From assembly GCA_035285865.1 (NCBI GenBank), contig JAYKHS010000011.1, positions 64,001 through 128,000 on the forward strand: a DNA stretch of 64,000 nt, in the 5' to 3' direction. How positions within the stretch are numbered: the stretch's first letter is position 1; each line of letters begins with the position of its first letter. The translations under genes were made by a program, and so were the position numbers. Origin of the DNA: Candidatus Sericytochromatia bacterium (GTDB lineage Bacteria > Cyanobacteriota > Sericytochromatia > S15B-MN24 > VGJW01). The notes beneath the pieces were generated by a model. It was not told the origin of the DNA. It was given only the letters and a program-made list of their open reading frames with translations, and searched no databases. Shown here piece by piece: positions 27,319-36,146 of this stretch.

Positions 27319-30300
27319 TTGGCCAGCATGCACGGATTTGTCCATTGCCACGTCCATAGCCAGTACTCGCTGTTGGACGGTGCGAGCCGGATCAAGGACC
27401 TCGTGGCACGAGCGGTGGAGACGGAGATGGGGGCGCTTGCCGTCACGGACCACGGGGTCATGTACGGGGCCGTCGAGTTCTACAAGGAGGCCAAGGAGAA
27501 GGGCATCAAGCCGCTGATCGGCATGGAAGCCTACGTAGCCAACGGCGACAGGCGGGTCCGTGCCGTCCAGGGGAACGGCAAGGCCTATGGCCATCTGGTA
27601 CTGATCGCCAAGAACGAAGTCGGTTACCAGAATCTGGTCAAGCTCAACACCATCGGGCACCTCGAGGGGTACTACCACAAGCCGCGCATCGACGCGGAGG
27701 TGCTCGAGGAGTTCCACGAAGGCCTGATTGCCCTGTCCGCCTGCATCGGTGGCCAGGTACCCGCCTTGGTGCTGCAGGGGCGGCACCAGGAGGCGCTCGA
27801 CAAGGCCCTCTGGTACAAGAGCGTCTTCGGTGACGACTTCTACCTCGAGGTACAGGACCACGGCCTCGCCGAGCAGCGTACGGTCAACCAGGCGTTCCGG
27901 GAGCTGTCGGAGCGCACGGGCATCCAGCTCGCGGCAACCAACGACTCGCACTACACCCAGCCCGGGGATACCCGAGCGCACGACGCCCTCATCTGCATCG
28001 GGACAGGCCGCAACCTGAACGACACGTCCCGCAAGATGGCTTACGGACCGGACTTCTATGTCAAGAGTCCGCGCGAGATGGCCGAGGTCTTCCATGACCT
28101 GCCCGAGGCACTGCAGAACACGCTGCGGATTGCCGAAAAGGTCGACCTCAAGCTCGACATGGGGCGCAATCGCTTGCCCGTCTTCGAGGTCCCTGAAGGC
28201 ATGACGGCCGAGACCTATCTCGTGGAGCTGGCGTGGCAGGGACTCAGGGATCGATATGACCGAGTCACCCCGGAGTTGGAGTTCCGGCTGAAGTTCGAGC
28301 TGGATACCGTCATCAAGATGGGTTTTCCGGCCTACTTCCTTATCGTCTGGGACTTCATCGCCTGGGCAAAGCGCAGTGGAATCCCGGTAGGACCGGGTCG
28401 CGGCAGCGCGGCAGGGTCCCTCGTGGCCTATTGCCTCGGCATTACCGAGCTTGACCCCGTCAAGTACAACCTGCTGTTCGAGCGATTCCTGAATCCCGAA
28501 CGCGTATCCATGCCTGATATCGACGTCGACTTCTGCATCGATCGGCGCGGCGAGGTCATCCGATACGTCCGTGACAAGTACGGAGATTCACGGGTGGCCC
28601 AGATCGTCACGTTCAACACCCTGAAAGCCAAGGCCGCCATCAAGGACGTGGGACGCGTGATGGGGCTGTCGTTTTCGGAGACCAACGACCTCTGCAAGAA
28701 GGTCGGTGACGACCTCGGCGTCACGCTGGACGACGCTAGCCGCGAGGGCACCGAGCTGGCCAGCGTCATGGACCGGGACGAGCGTGTGGCCGAGCTGGTG
28801 GGGCTGGCCAAGCGCCTCGAGGGCCTGAGCCGCAACACCAGTGTCCACGCAGCGGGAGTCATCATTGCCGAAGACCCTCTGGAACAGCTCGTGCCACTGA
28901 CCCGCCTGGACCGGGACAAGGGAGACGAGGGGGGCCTCGTCACGCAGTACGAGCAGAAGTATCTCGAGATGCTGGGTCTGCTCAAGATGGACTTCCTCGG
29001 CCTGCGCAACCTGACGATGATCGGTCGGGCTCTCGAACTGGTGAAGCGCAACCACCCGGATCGGGTTCCGGACTTCAGCAACCAGGACTTCACGGATCCG
29101 GCCGTCTACGAGCTGCTTCGCCGGGGAGACACCATCGGTGTCTTCCAGGTCGAGTCTGAAGGCATGACCAAGCTGATCCGGCAGTTGCAGCCGACAAACT
29201 TCGAGGACATCTCGGCCATTCTCGCGCTCTACCGGCCGGGACCGCTGCAGAGCGGATACGTCGACGAATACGTGGACCGAAAGCATGGTCGCAAGGCCAT
29301 CGACTATCCTCATCCGGCGCTTGAGCCCATCCTGAAGGACACCTACGGGACCATGGTCTACCAAGAGCAGATCATGCAGATTGCCCAGGTGCTTGGGAAC
29401 TACTCGCTGGGCGGCGCGGACATGCTGCGCCGCGCCATGGGCAAGAAGAAGGCCGAAGAAATGGCCAAGCAGCGTGCCACCTTCTTGGACGGCTGCCTAG
29501 CCAACCAGGTCGACGAGACCGTCGCCAACGACATCTTCGACAAGATGACGAAGTTCTCGGAGTACTGCTTCAACCGCGCTCACACGGCTGCCTACGCGGT
29601 CCTCACGTATCAGACGGCCTACATGAAGGCGCACTTTCCCCGGGAATACATGGCGGCCCTACTGTCCAGCTACGCAGGCAACACGGACAAGATCATGGTA
29701 ACGGTGCACAACTGTCGGCAGATGGGCATCCCCGTGCTGCCGCCAGACGTTTCCTCGAGCGACGCGGACTTCTCTGTCGTGCCGGAGGGCATTCGGTTCG
29801 GGCTGGCCTCGGTCAAGAACGTCGGACTTCCCGCCGTCGAGGCCATCCAGAGGGCACGGGCAGAACGCCCCGGAGGCCGCTTCACGGACCTGTTCGATTT
29901 CCTCGAGGACCTTGACCTCAAGATCGTGAACCGGCGCTGCCTCGAGTCCCTGATCGAAGCGGGGGCCTGCGATGGATTCGGGGAACCAAGAGCGCACATG
30001 CTCGCGCACCTCGAAACCGTCATGAGCTGGGCACAGGCGCAGGCGCGAGAGGGTCACGCCAATCAGGCTTCGCTGTTCGGCGATCTGTCCGCGGTCACGG
30101 CCCTGCCGCGTCCCATTCTGGAGCGCGTGCCTCCCGGTGATCCTCAAGAGACCCTGCGGGCGGAAAAAGAATTGGTCGGCCTCTACTTGAGCGCCCACCC
30201 ACTGGACCATCTGCCATGCCGGCTGGACTGGCATGTGACGGCCACGGTGGCCGATCTCGCCGCCGTGGCCAGCGAGCGGCCCGTGGTGCTCGGCGGTATT

Positions 30301-30783
30301 CTGCAGGGCTGTCGGCGAATCATCACCAAGAAGGGCGATGCGATGATGGCCGGCAAGCTCGAGGACTTCACCGGCACCCTCGATTTCGTCGTCTTCCCCA
30401 AGGCCTATGCCCGGATGGAGAGCCTGCTGCAGGAGGATGCCCGCCTGCTCATCAAGGGTCGCTACTCCGGCAGCGAAGATGAACGGCCACAGGTCGAGGT
30501 CGAGGAGGCAACGGAACTCGCTGCGCTTCGCAGCCTGCACCTCACCATTCCGGCGGGCACTCCGGGCAACCGGATGGTCGTGCTCAAGGACACCCTGCGC
30601 CAGCACAAGGGCAGCGATCCCGTCGTCCTGCACATCGTCGGCACGGACCGTCAGGTCGTCGCGGGAGATGGCTTCTGGGTCCAGCAATCGGACTCCCTGG
30701 ATCGAGCCCTTGCCCAGCTGGGAGCCGGCAACGCCCATCCGATCACCCACCGCTGGGTGGACCCGAGGCCGCTCCTGGCCTGA
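27319..30783 (+). CDS. dnaE: DNA polymerase III alpha subunit (contiguous, no intein)
   Basis: PHP motifs HVHSQYSLLDG and TDHG; GPGRGSAAGS; PDIDVDF; KMDFLGLRNLT; OB fold. Start TTG 27319 or ATG 27328. Confidence 0.99.
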   Translation: MASMHGFVHCHVHSQYSLLDGASRIKDLVARAVETEMGALAVTDHGVMYGAVEFYKEAKEKGIKPLIGMEAYVANGDRRVRAVQGNGKAYGHLVLIAKNEVGYQNLVKLNTIGHLEGYYHKPRIDAEVLEEFHEGLIALSACIGGQVPALVLQGRHQEALDKALWYKSVFGDDFYLEVQDHGLAEQRTVNQAFRELSERTGIQLAATNDSHYTQPGDTRAHDALICIGTGRNLNDTSRKMAYGPDFYVKSPREMAEVFHDLPEALQNTLRIAEKVDLKLDMGRNRLPVFEVPEGMTAETYLVELAWQGLRDRYDRVTPELEFRLKFELDTVIKMGFPAYFLIVWDFIAWAKRSGIPVGPGRGSAAGSLVAYCLGITELDPVKYNLLFERFLNPERVSMPDIDVDFCIDRRGEVIRYVRDKYGDSRVAQIVTFNTLKAKAAIKDVGRVMGLSFSETNDLCKKVGDDLGVTLDDASREGTELASVMDRDERVAELVGLAKRLEGLSRNTSVHAAGVIIAEDPLEQLVPLTRLDRDKGDEGGLVTQYEQKYLEMLGLLKMDFLGLRNLTMIGRALELVKRNHPDRVPDFSNQDFTDPAVYELLRRGDTIGVFQVESEGMTKLIRQLQPTNFEDISAILALYRPGPLQSGYVDEYVDRKHGRKAIDYPHPALEPILKDTYGTMVYQEQIMQIAQVLGNYSLGGADMLRRAMGKKKAEEMAKQRATFLDGCLANQVDETVANDIFDKMTKFSEYCFNRAHTAAYAVLTYQTAYMKAHFPREYMAALLSSYAGNTDKIMVTVHNCRQMGIPVLPPDVSSSDADFSVVPEGIRFGLASVKNVGLPAVEAIQRARAERPGGRFTDLFDFLEDLDLKIVNRRCLESLIEAGACDGFGEPRAHMLAHLETVMSWAQAQAREGHANQASLFGDLSAVTALPRPILERVPPGDPQETLRAEKELVGLYLSAHPLDHLPCRLDWHVTATVADLAAVASERPVVLGGILQGCRRIITKKGDAMMAGKLEDFTGTLDFVVFPKAYARMESLLQEDARLLIKGRYSGSEDERPQVEVEEATELAALRSLHLTIPAGTPGNRMVVLKDTLRQHKGSDPVVLHIVGTDRQVVAGDGFWVQQSDSLDRALAQLGAGNAHPITHRWVDPRPLLA

Positions 30784-30792
30784 AGCCCTCCC

Positions 30793-31326
30793 TCAACGAA
30801 CCGGCTTGCCAACCTCGTCGTCGAACAGGTCACCCAGGGCCGTCACCAGCGTGCCCGCAGTAACGGCCACCATCCCGGGCACGAGGCCTACGGCCGGCAC
30901 GAACGCGACGACCCCGCCACCCACCTGGATGGCATCGCCGGCGACCCGCAGGGCATCATCCCACTTGCGCACGTTCGCCGGGCCATCGAAGCCCTTGCGG
31001 AAACGCTCGTACAAGGAGTAACCGGCAAATCCGCTCGACAGGGCAGGGGTCAGCTTGCCCAGAAGAAAACCCGCCGGCTTCCCGGTGGCGACGACCTTGG
31101 CCGCCTGTCTGAGGGTAATGCCATTGAACAGAGTGGACAGACCGGCGCCGATGCCGACGCCGATGCGGTGGCCGCGCCGAATGACTGCCTGCTCCTCACG
31201 CGAGGGGGCGCTGAGGCTGACCCGATCCCGGGACGGTTCGACGGTTCGAGGCGGTTGCGACGCGTCGGGGACAACCTGCGCGCTTGGCGCGACAGGCACC
31301 TTGCGCGCTGCCTGGACTGACGGCAT
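30793..31326 (-). CDS. Hypothetical protein: disordered N-terminus, DRVSLS motif, Gly-rich hydrophobic segments
   Basis: ORF fills the gap between dnaE and trkA; GAGGGGG SD before ATG 31326. Confidence 0.7.
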   Translation of the reverse strand: MPSVQAARKVPVAPSAQVVPDASQPPRTVEPSRDRVSLSAPSREEQAVIRRGHRIGVGIGAGLSTLFNGITLRQAAKVVATGKPAGFLLGKLTPALSSGFAGYSLYERFRKGFDGPANVRKWDDALRVAGDAIQVGGGVVAFVPAVGLVPGMVAVTAGTLVTALGDLFDDEVGKPVR

Positions 31327-31359
31327 GACCACCCCCTCGCCCCCCCAGGGCATGGTGGT

Positions 31360-31403
31360 TCATCGTGCAGGCGCAATGGCGAGGTTCTTGTCTCGGGGTT
31401 AAG
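31360..31403 (-). promoter_or_regulatory. CTTAACCC/GACAAGAA 11-bp-period repeats plus CACGATGA
   Basis: Same 25-nt spacing as at 23352 and 61990; the second repeat is a weak match. Confidence 0.4.
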
Positions 31404-31475
31404 TTTTCTTGATTCTTGATCGACAAGCGTCGGAACCCTCGACGGCCCGCGGGGCCGGGTGTAACGTAAGGCCGC

Positions 31476-31910
31476 ATGATTCTGATCATCGGCTGCGGTC
31501 GGCTCGGGGCGAGTTTCGCCCAGCGCCGGGTGGCACGGGGCGACAAAGTCACGATTCTGGACTTCGACGCCCAGAACTTCCAGGCGTTGCGTGACCTGCC
31601 GGTCCGGACAATGGTCGGCATGGAAATCGACACGGAGGTGCTGAGTCGGGCCGGCATCGGTCAGGCCACCTGCGTCATCATCGTGTCGCGGGATGAGAAC
31701 ACGAACATCATGATCGCCGACCTGGCCCGCCAGCACTTCCACATCGACCAGATCATCGTGCGGATCGACAATCCCGAGCTGCGCGCCATTTACGAGGCAG
31801 ACGGCTTCGAGGTGATCAGCCCGATTCTGGAAGCCACCTTGTCGCTCGAGGCCAAGCTCGAAGCCATGAAGGGAGGCGGGCGTGCAGATCCTGATCGCGG
31901 GGGGCGGTAA
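31476..31910 (+). CDS. trkA: TrkA-N (RCK_N) only protein
   Basis: IIGCGRLG, LSRAGIGQA, DENTNIMIA, IIVRIDNP. Confidence 0.85.
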   Translation: MILIIGCGRLGASFAQRRVARGDKVTILDFDAQNFQALRDLPVRTMVGMEIDTEVLSRAGIGQATCVIIVSRDENTNIMIADLARQHFHIDQIIVRIDNPELRAIYEADGFEVISPILEATLSLEAKLEAMKGGGRADPDRGGR

Positions 31911-32541
31911 GGTCGGCCTCCATCTGATCCGGACCCTGCGCCAACGGGGTCATGTCATCGGTCTGGTCGAACGCGATCCCCGTGTCTGCAAGCAGATCGT
32001 GGCCGAGTTCAACGAGATCGTCGTTCGCGTCGGCGACGCCACGAATCCGGCCCTGCTCGCCGAGGCCAACAGGATTCAGGCCGACGTGGTCATCGCTGCG
32101 TGCGGCCGGGATCAGGACAACTACGCCATCTGCAAGATGGCACGCAAGCTCTTCGACATTCCCAAGTGCGTGGCGCGTGTGAACGACCCGCGCAACGAGA
32201 CGCTCTTCAAGCTGGCAGGTGTCGACCACACCATCTCCGTCACCACGATGGTCACCAACGCCATCGAAACTCAGATTATCCCGGCGGAGCTGACCAATCT
32301 CTTCACGTGGCACGAGCGCATGGCCATGGTCGAGATCGAGTTGTCCGAGCACAGTCCGGTCGTCGGGACCCGGATCCGCAAGCTCGACTTCCCGCCGGGC
32401 TCAATTCTTGCCGCCATCTGGCGGAACAACGGCCCGCTCATCCCGGATGGCGAAACGGAACTTCGGGCGGGTGACGAGATCTTTGCCGTGACGATGAAGG
32501 CACAGCAGGACGAACTGCGCCGCATGCTCCTGGGGCACTAG
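31882..32541 (+). CDS. trkA: TrkA family K+ uptake regulator (RCK_N + RCK_C)
   Basis: IAGGGKVG, GDAT, DQDN, VARVNDP; RCK_C SPVVG...IPDGETELRAGDEI. Confidence 0.92.
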   Translation: MQILIAGGGKVGLHLIRTLRQRGHVIGLVERDPRVCKQIVAEFNEIVVRVGDATNPALLAEANRIQADVVIAACGRDQDNYAICKMARKLFDIPKCVARVNDPRNETLFKLAGVDHTISVTTMVTNAIETQIIPAELTNLFTWHERMAMVEIELSEHSPVVGTRIRKLDFPPGSILAAIWRNNGPLIPDGETELRAGDEIFAVTMKAQQDELRRMLLGH

Positions 32542-32543
32542 AC

Positions 32544-34544
32544 ATGGCTTCGGTCACGGTAGCCGCCAGATCCGCACATTCGGGCGGTCACCTGAAGTGG
32601 TGGTTGGCAGCCGGTCTCGTCGGTGCCGACATCGGCACTTCCGTCTTCTACTCGACGGGCATTCTCCTGCCCCACGTCGGCTTCGCTGCCCCGCTTTTCA
32701 TCCTGCTGGTCGTCATCAGCATGTGGCTGTTCAAAGCCACTTACCAGGAGGGCTGCAGCGTCAATCCGGTCAATGGCGGCGCCTACGCCATGGTCCTCGG
32801 CTCGATCGGGAGAAGGGCTGCACTGGGGATCGGTTCGCTCACCCTGCTGTCCTACCTTGCCACGGCCGTGGTCAGTGCACTTTCCGGGGCCTACTACCTC
32901 GGCTCACTTTGGGGCCATCACCCCTCCAAGCTCTTCGTGGTGCTGGTGGCCGCCTTGCCCGTAATCTTCTTCGGCCTGCTCAATCTGGTGGGCCTGAGGG
33001 AATCCACCCGGGTCGTGCTGGTCATCTCGGCCTTTCATTTCCTGATGTTGCTGGCCATGGACGCGTGGGGCATCGGCATGCTCGTGACGCAAGGCCTCGA
33101 CTGGCAGCGTTTCATCGACGGTGCAGCAGGCTTCCCGGGCCTCTCCGACCTGGCGCCGATGGGCATCATGCTGGGATTTGCCGGAGCGTTCCTCGGCATC
33201 ACGGGTTTCGAGTCGGCCGCCCAGATCGTCGAGGAGCTCGAGCGGCCCATCCACGAGGCCGTACGCAAGGTCTACGTGACCATCGTGGCCCTCGTCAGCA
33301 TCACCTCGCCCCTATCGGCCTTCCTCGCCCTCGCACTGGTGCCCACGGATCGGGTGGCCGGTGGCAAGGAGTTCCTGATGTCCGAGTTAGCGCGGGTCCA
33401 GGGCGGACAAACCCTGGTCCTGCTGCTGGTCATCAATGCCATGCTGACGCTGTTCGCTGCGGTCAACACCGCCTATGCAGGGGCAACCGGACTGATGACG
33501 ACCATGGCACAGCAGGGCAACCTGCCCGACATCGTCGGGCGACGCTGGACGGATCGCCACCCGGCACTGAAGGGTTATCCCTATGTGGCCTTGCCGTTCA
33601 TGGCCATCAGCCTCCTGATGCTGCTGGCCTTCCCCGGCCAGGTGGAGACCTTGGGCGACATCTACGGACTGGCCTTCCTGGGCGTGATGATCTCCTACTG
33701 CGCCGGCGTGGTGCTCACGCGCCTGAACTACCCCAACAAAATCGCCAAGTCTCCGTACCTGAATCGCTGGACTGTCGTCATCGGCGGCCGCACGCTGCCT
33801 TTGGCTCCTATCGTCGGCGGGGCCCTGCTGCTGGTGGCCGAGGTCGTCCTGATCGTGACGAAGAGCGAGGCAAGAAATCTGGGCAGTCAAATCCTGCTTG
33901 GCACCATGCTGATCATGGCCTTGTATCGTCTCGGCAAGGTCGAGGTCCGCATGGTCCAGCTGCCGGACCTGCGGCTGGGCATGGGGCAGCTGCATCAGGC
34001 GAAGGATCTCCCTGCGGATTTGCCACGCATCGCCATCTGCATCTCGGATACCGAACCGATGAGGCTGGTCAACCTGCTCACCTACCTGCTGCATCGTCAC
34101 GCCGAAGACCGAGCGATCGAACTCGTCATGTTCCACGCCCAGACGGCCGACGAGCCCGCAACCGTCTATGAGGCGCTCGAGCGCTTCATCTCGCAACATC
34201 TCGAGGAGTTCGATCTTTTCAACAACTTCGTGTTCGTCCTGACGGCCAAAGTTCTGCCAGGGAATCTGATCGAGGTGTTGCCCGAGTACCTGAAGAGTCA
34301 GCCCGAGGGGTCCTTTGAGGTCGTTTACATCGGCACCGGCAAGGACGCAACTTCCAGCGAGACGCTTCGTGAACACCTCTCCGGCGAAGTCGCCATCGTC
34401 GTCGAACGCATCGACGAGGCCAAGGTCCCGACGGGACCGGGCATCTGGTTCACGCAATGGTCCAAGGACCGAGCAAACTGGGGGCGGTTTCGCGGCACGG
34501 GTGACCTCGGTGCCCAGGGCTTCGACCCGGACAGGAGTTCCTGA
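32544..34544 (+). CDS. APC superfamily permease with a cytoplasmic C-terminal domain
   Basis: About 12 TM segments; GADIGTSVFY, NGGAY, GITGFESAAQ; starts 2 nt after the trkA stop. Confidence 0.88.
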   Translation: MASVTVAARSAHSGGHLKWWLAAGLVGADIGTSVFYSTGILLPHVGFAAPLFILLVVISMWLFKATYQEGCSVNPVNGGAYAMVLGSIGRRAALGIGSLTLLSYLATAVVSALSGAYYLGSLWGHHPSKLFVVLVAALPVIFFGLLNLVGLRESTRVVLVISAFHFLMLLAMDAWGIGMLVTQGLDWQRFIDGAAGFPGLSDLAPMGIMLGFAGAFLGITGFESAAQIVEELERPIHEAVRKVYVTIVALVSITSPLSAFLALALVPTDRVAGGKEFLMSELARVQGGQTLVLLLVINAMLTLFAAVNTAYAGATGLMTTMAQQGNLPDIVGRRWTDRHPALKGYPYVALPFMAISLLMLLAFPGQVETLGDIYGLAFLGVMISYCAGVVLTRLNYPNKIAKSPYLNRWTVVIGGRTLPLAPIVGGALLLVAEVVLIVTKSEARNLGSQILLGTMLIMALYRLGKVEVRMVQLPDLRLGMGQLHQAKDLPADLPRIAICISDTEPMRLVNLLTYLLHRHAEDRAIELVMFHAQTADEPATVYEALERFISQHLEEFDLFNNFVFVLTAKVLPGNLIEVLPEYLKSQPEGSFEVVYIGTGKDATSSETLREHLSGEVAIVVERIDEAKVPTGPGIWFTQWSKDRANWGRFRGTGDLGAQGFDPDRSS

Positions 34545-34574
34545 CAGCTGTCCGGGTGCCAGCAAACAGACGAG

Positions 34575-34603
34575 GAAGCCCCCGCAAGACTTGCGGGGGC
34601 TTC
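34575..34603. terminator. 14-bp inverted repeat between convergent genes
   Basis: GAAGCCCCCGCAAG-A-CTTGCGGGGGCTTC. Confidence 0.7.
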
Positions 34604-34627
34604 AAGTGCACGCGGGCGCAACGAGGC

Positions 34628-35125
34628 CTAGTGGTGGCCGCCGTGTCCCTCGTGCTTGGCGCCGTCGCCGTGATGCTCGGCATGGCCCTCGTGATGATCG
34701 TGATGGGTGGCCTTCACGATAGCTTCGAACGCCCCATGAACGTGGTCAAGCGCTGCGATCATCTCTTTGTCACCCTTCTTGGAGGCCGCCTCGAGATCCT
34801 TCACGGACTTCACCAGATCTCCGCAGGCCTTGACACACTGCTCCTCGGTCATCTTGCATGCTGCCACCTCGGCAGCATGCTTCTGGAGGGCCGGGATGGC
34901 CGCACGGATGGCCTTGAGGTCCTTCTTCGGCAGGGCGTCATGGAACACGGGGTGAAGCACGTCATGGAAGGCCTCGAGTGCCTTGGCCATCGGCTCAGCG
35001 TGTCCGGCATCATGTGCCGCGTGGGCAGCATCCTTGGTGGCGTGCTCGTGGCCGTTGGCCCAGGCAGCGGGACTGGTCACCAGTCCGAGAACCGTCGCAG
35101 CGAACAACATGCGGCTGAGCTTCAT
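34628..35125 (-). CDS. Secreted His-rich helical protein (putative metal binder)
   Basis: Sec signal ending AWA; HAAHDAGH, FHDVLHPVFHD, LDHVH, tail HHDHHEGHAEHHGDGAKHEGHGGHH; AGGAG SD. Confidence 0.8.
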   Translation of the reverse strand: MKLSRMLFAATVLGLVTSPAAWANGHEHATKDAAHAAHDAGHAEPMAKALEAFHDVLHPVFHDALPKKDLKAIRAAIPALQKHAAEVAACKMTEEQCVKACGDLVKSVKDLEAASKKGDKEMIAALDHVHGAFEAIVKATHHDHHEGHAEHHGDGAKHEGHGGHH

Positions 35126-35254
35126 GGATCGTCTCCTGCAGGATGGAAGCGTGTGCGGGCTCCGCAGCTGTATCGCGACGGACCCGAGGTCATGGTACAC
35201 CCGTCCGCCGCCGCGTGGCCGTGTTAGGATGACGCCAGTGGAGGTGCCATCCGC

Positions 35255-35506
35255 ATGCAAGCCCGTCGCTCGTCCTCTCCTTCCGTCGTACCGGACGTCG
35301 GTGCAGGCTCAGCCCGTCGCCAGCAACCGGTCGAATACAAGGTTCTCGCAGAGCTGCCCGAGCCCCTGGAAGCCGGCCTCAATTCGCTTGGTGATGAAGG
35401 TTGGCAACTGGTGGCCACGGTACCTGCCTTCATCTTCCGGCGTCCGAAGATCGAAGATGGCGACGGCCTGCGGGCTCGGGTCGGTTTCGCAGCCCCAAGG
35501 GACTGA
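35255..35506 (+). CDS. Small DUF4177-like protein
   Basis: EYKV...LNSLGDEGWQLV...FRRP pattern; GGAGG SD. Confidence 0.7.
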   Translation: MQARRSSSPSVVPDVGAGSARRQQPVEYKVLAELPEPLEAGLNSLGDEGWQLVATVPAFIFRRPKIEDGDGLRARVGFAAPRD

Positions 35507-35517
35507 GCCTCCCCGCC

Positions 35518-36120
35518 ATGGCTGAAGGGCCCCGCGAGACTCGGCCTCTGGGTACTTCCGGTCCGGCCGGCGGCGATGCTTGGGTATCGTCCCGCGGCGG
35601 GCGTTCCACCGAGCGTCGTTTGTCGTCGACAGGTGGCGAACGGCTGCGGAATGAGCTGGTGGCTGCGCTTGAAGAGGCCGTTGACGAGGCCTCGGAGGTC
35701 ATTGCGCGCTACGACCGCGGCGTCGGGATTCTGGGATCGCTGGAGCTGGAGGGAGCCAGCGCACGGGAACGCAGCATCGCGCTGCATCAGTTCGAGGAAG
35801 CCATTCGCCTCCGTGACGAAGCGCGGTCCCTGTTGACGAGGATGGACAGCCTTTCACCTGTCGAAGCACTCGATGCCCTTGATCGCTGCCCTCCCGCTCG
35901 CCTGCTGGGTGCCCTGCATCCCTTGCACGGTTTCCACGACCACTTCTTCACCATCGCCGGATGCGCAGGCCTGTTCCCTCCACCTCGACCCGGGGAAGGG
36001 GGAGGCATCGGCACGCGACGCCTGCGGGCGGCGCTACAGCCCGCAGGCTCTGCCGAGCCTGCCGATTCACACCCCCCTCCGGGCATCTGGGCCCGCCTTC
36101 GTCGCTGGCTCGGGGGTTGA
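35518..36120 (+). CDS. Hypothetical protein
   Basis: Helical ORF starting 11 nt after the DUF4177-like gene; no motif recognised. Confidence 0.55.
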   Translation: MAEGPRETRPLGTSGPAGGDAWVSSRGGRSTERRLSSTGGERLRNELVAALEEAVDEASEVIARYDRGVGILGSLELEGASARERSIALHQFEEAIRLRDEARSLLTRMDSLSPVEALDALDRCPPARLLGALHPLHGFHDHFFTIAGCAGLFPPPRPGEGGGIGTRRLRAALQPAGSAEPADSHPPPGIWARLRRWLGG

Positions 36121-36146
36121 ATGGGCTGCGACACGATCCGCTGACG

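Noticed and set aside
25862..27319. N-terminal half of the 1177-aa minus-strand ORF
   Set aside because: Antisense shadow of the plus-strand TPR gene; the real gene probably starts near 25861.
27319..30783. Intein in dnaE
   Set aside because: Normal length and no intein sequence at the EY|CFN junction.
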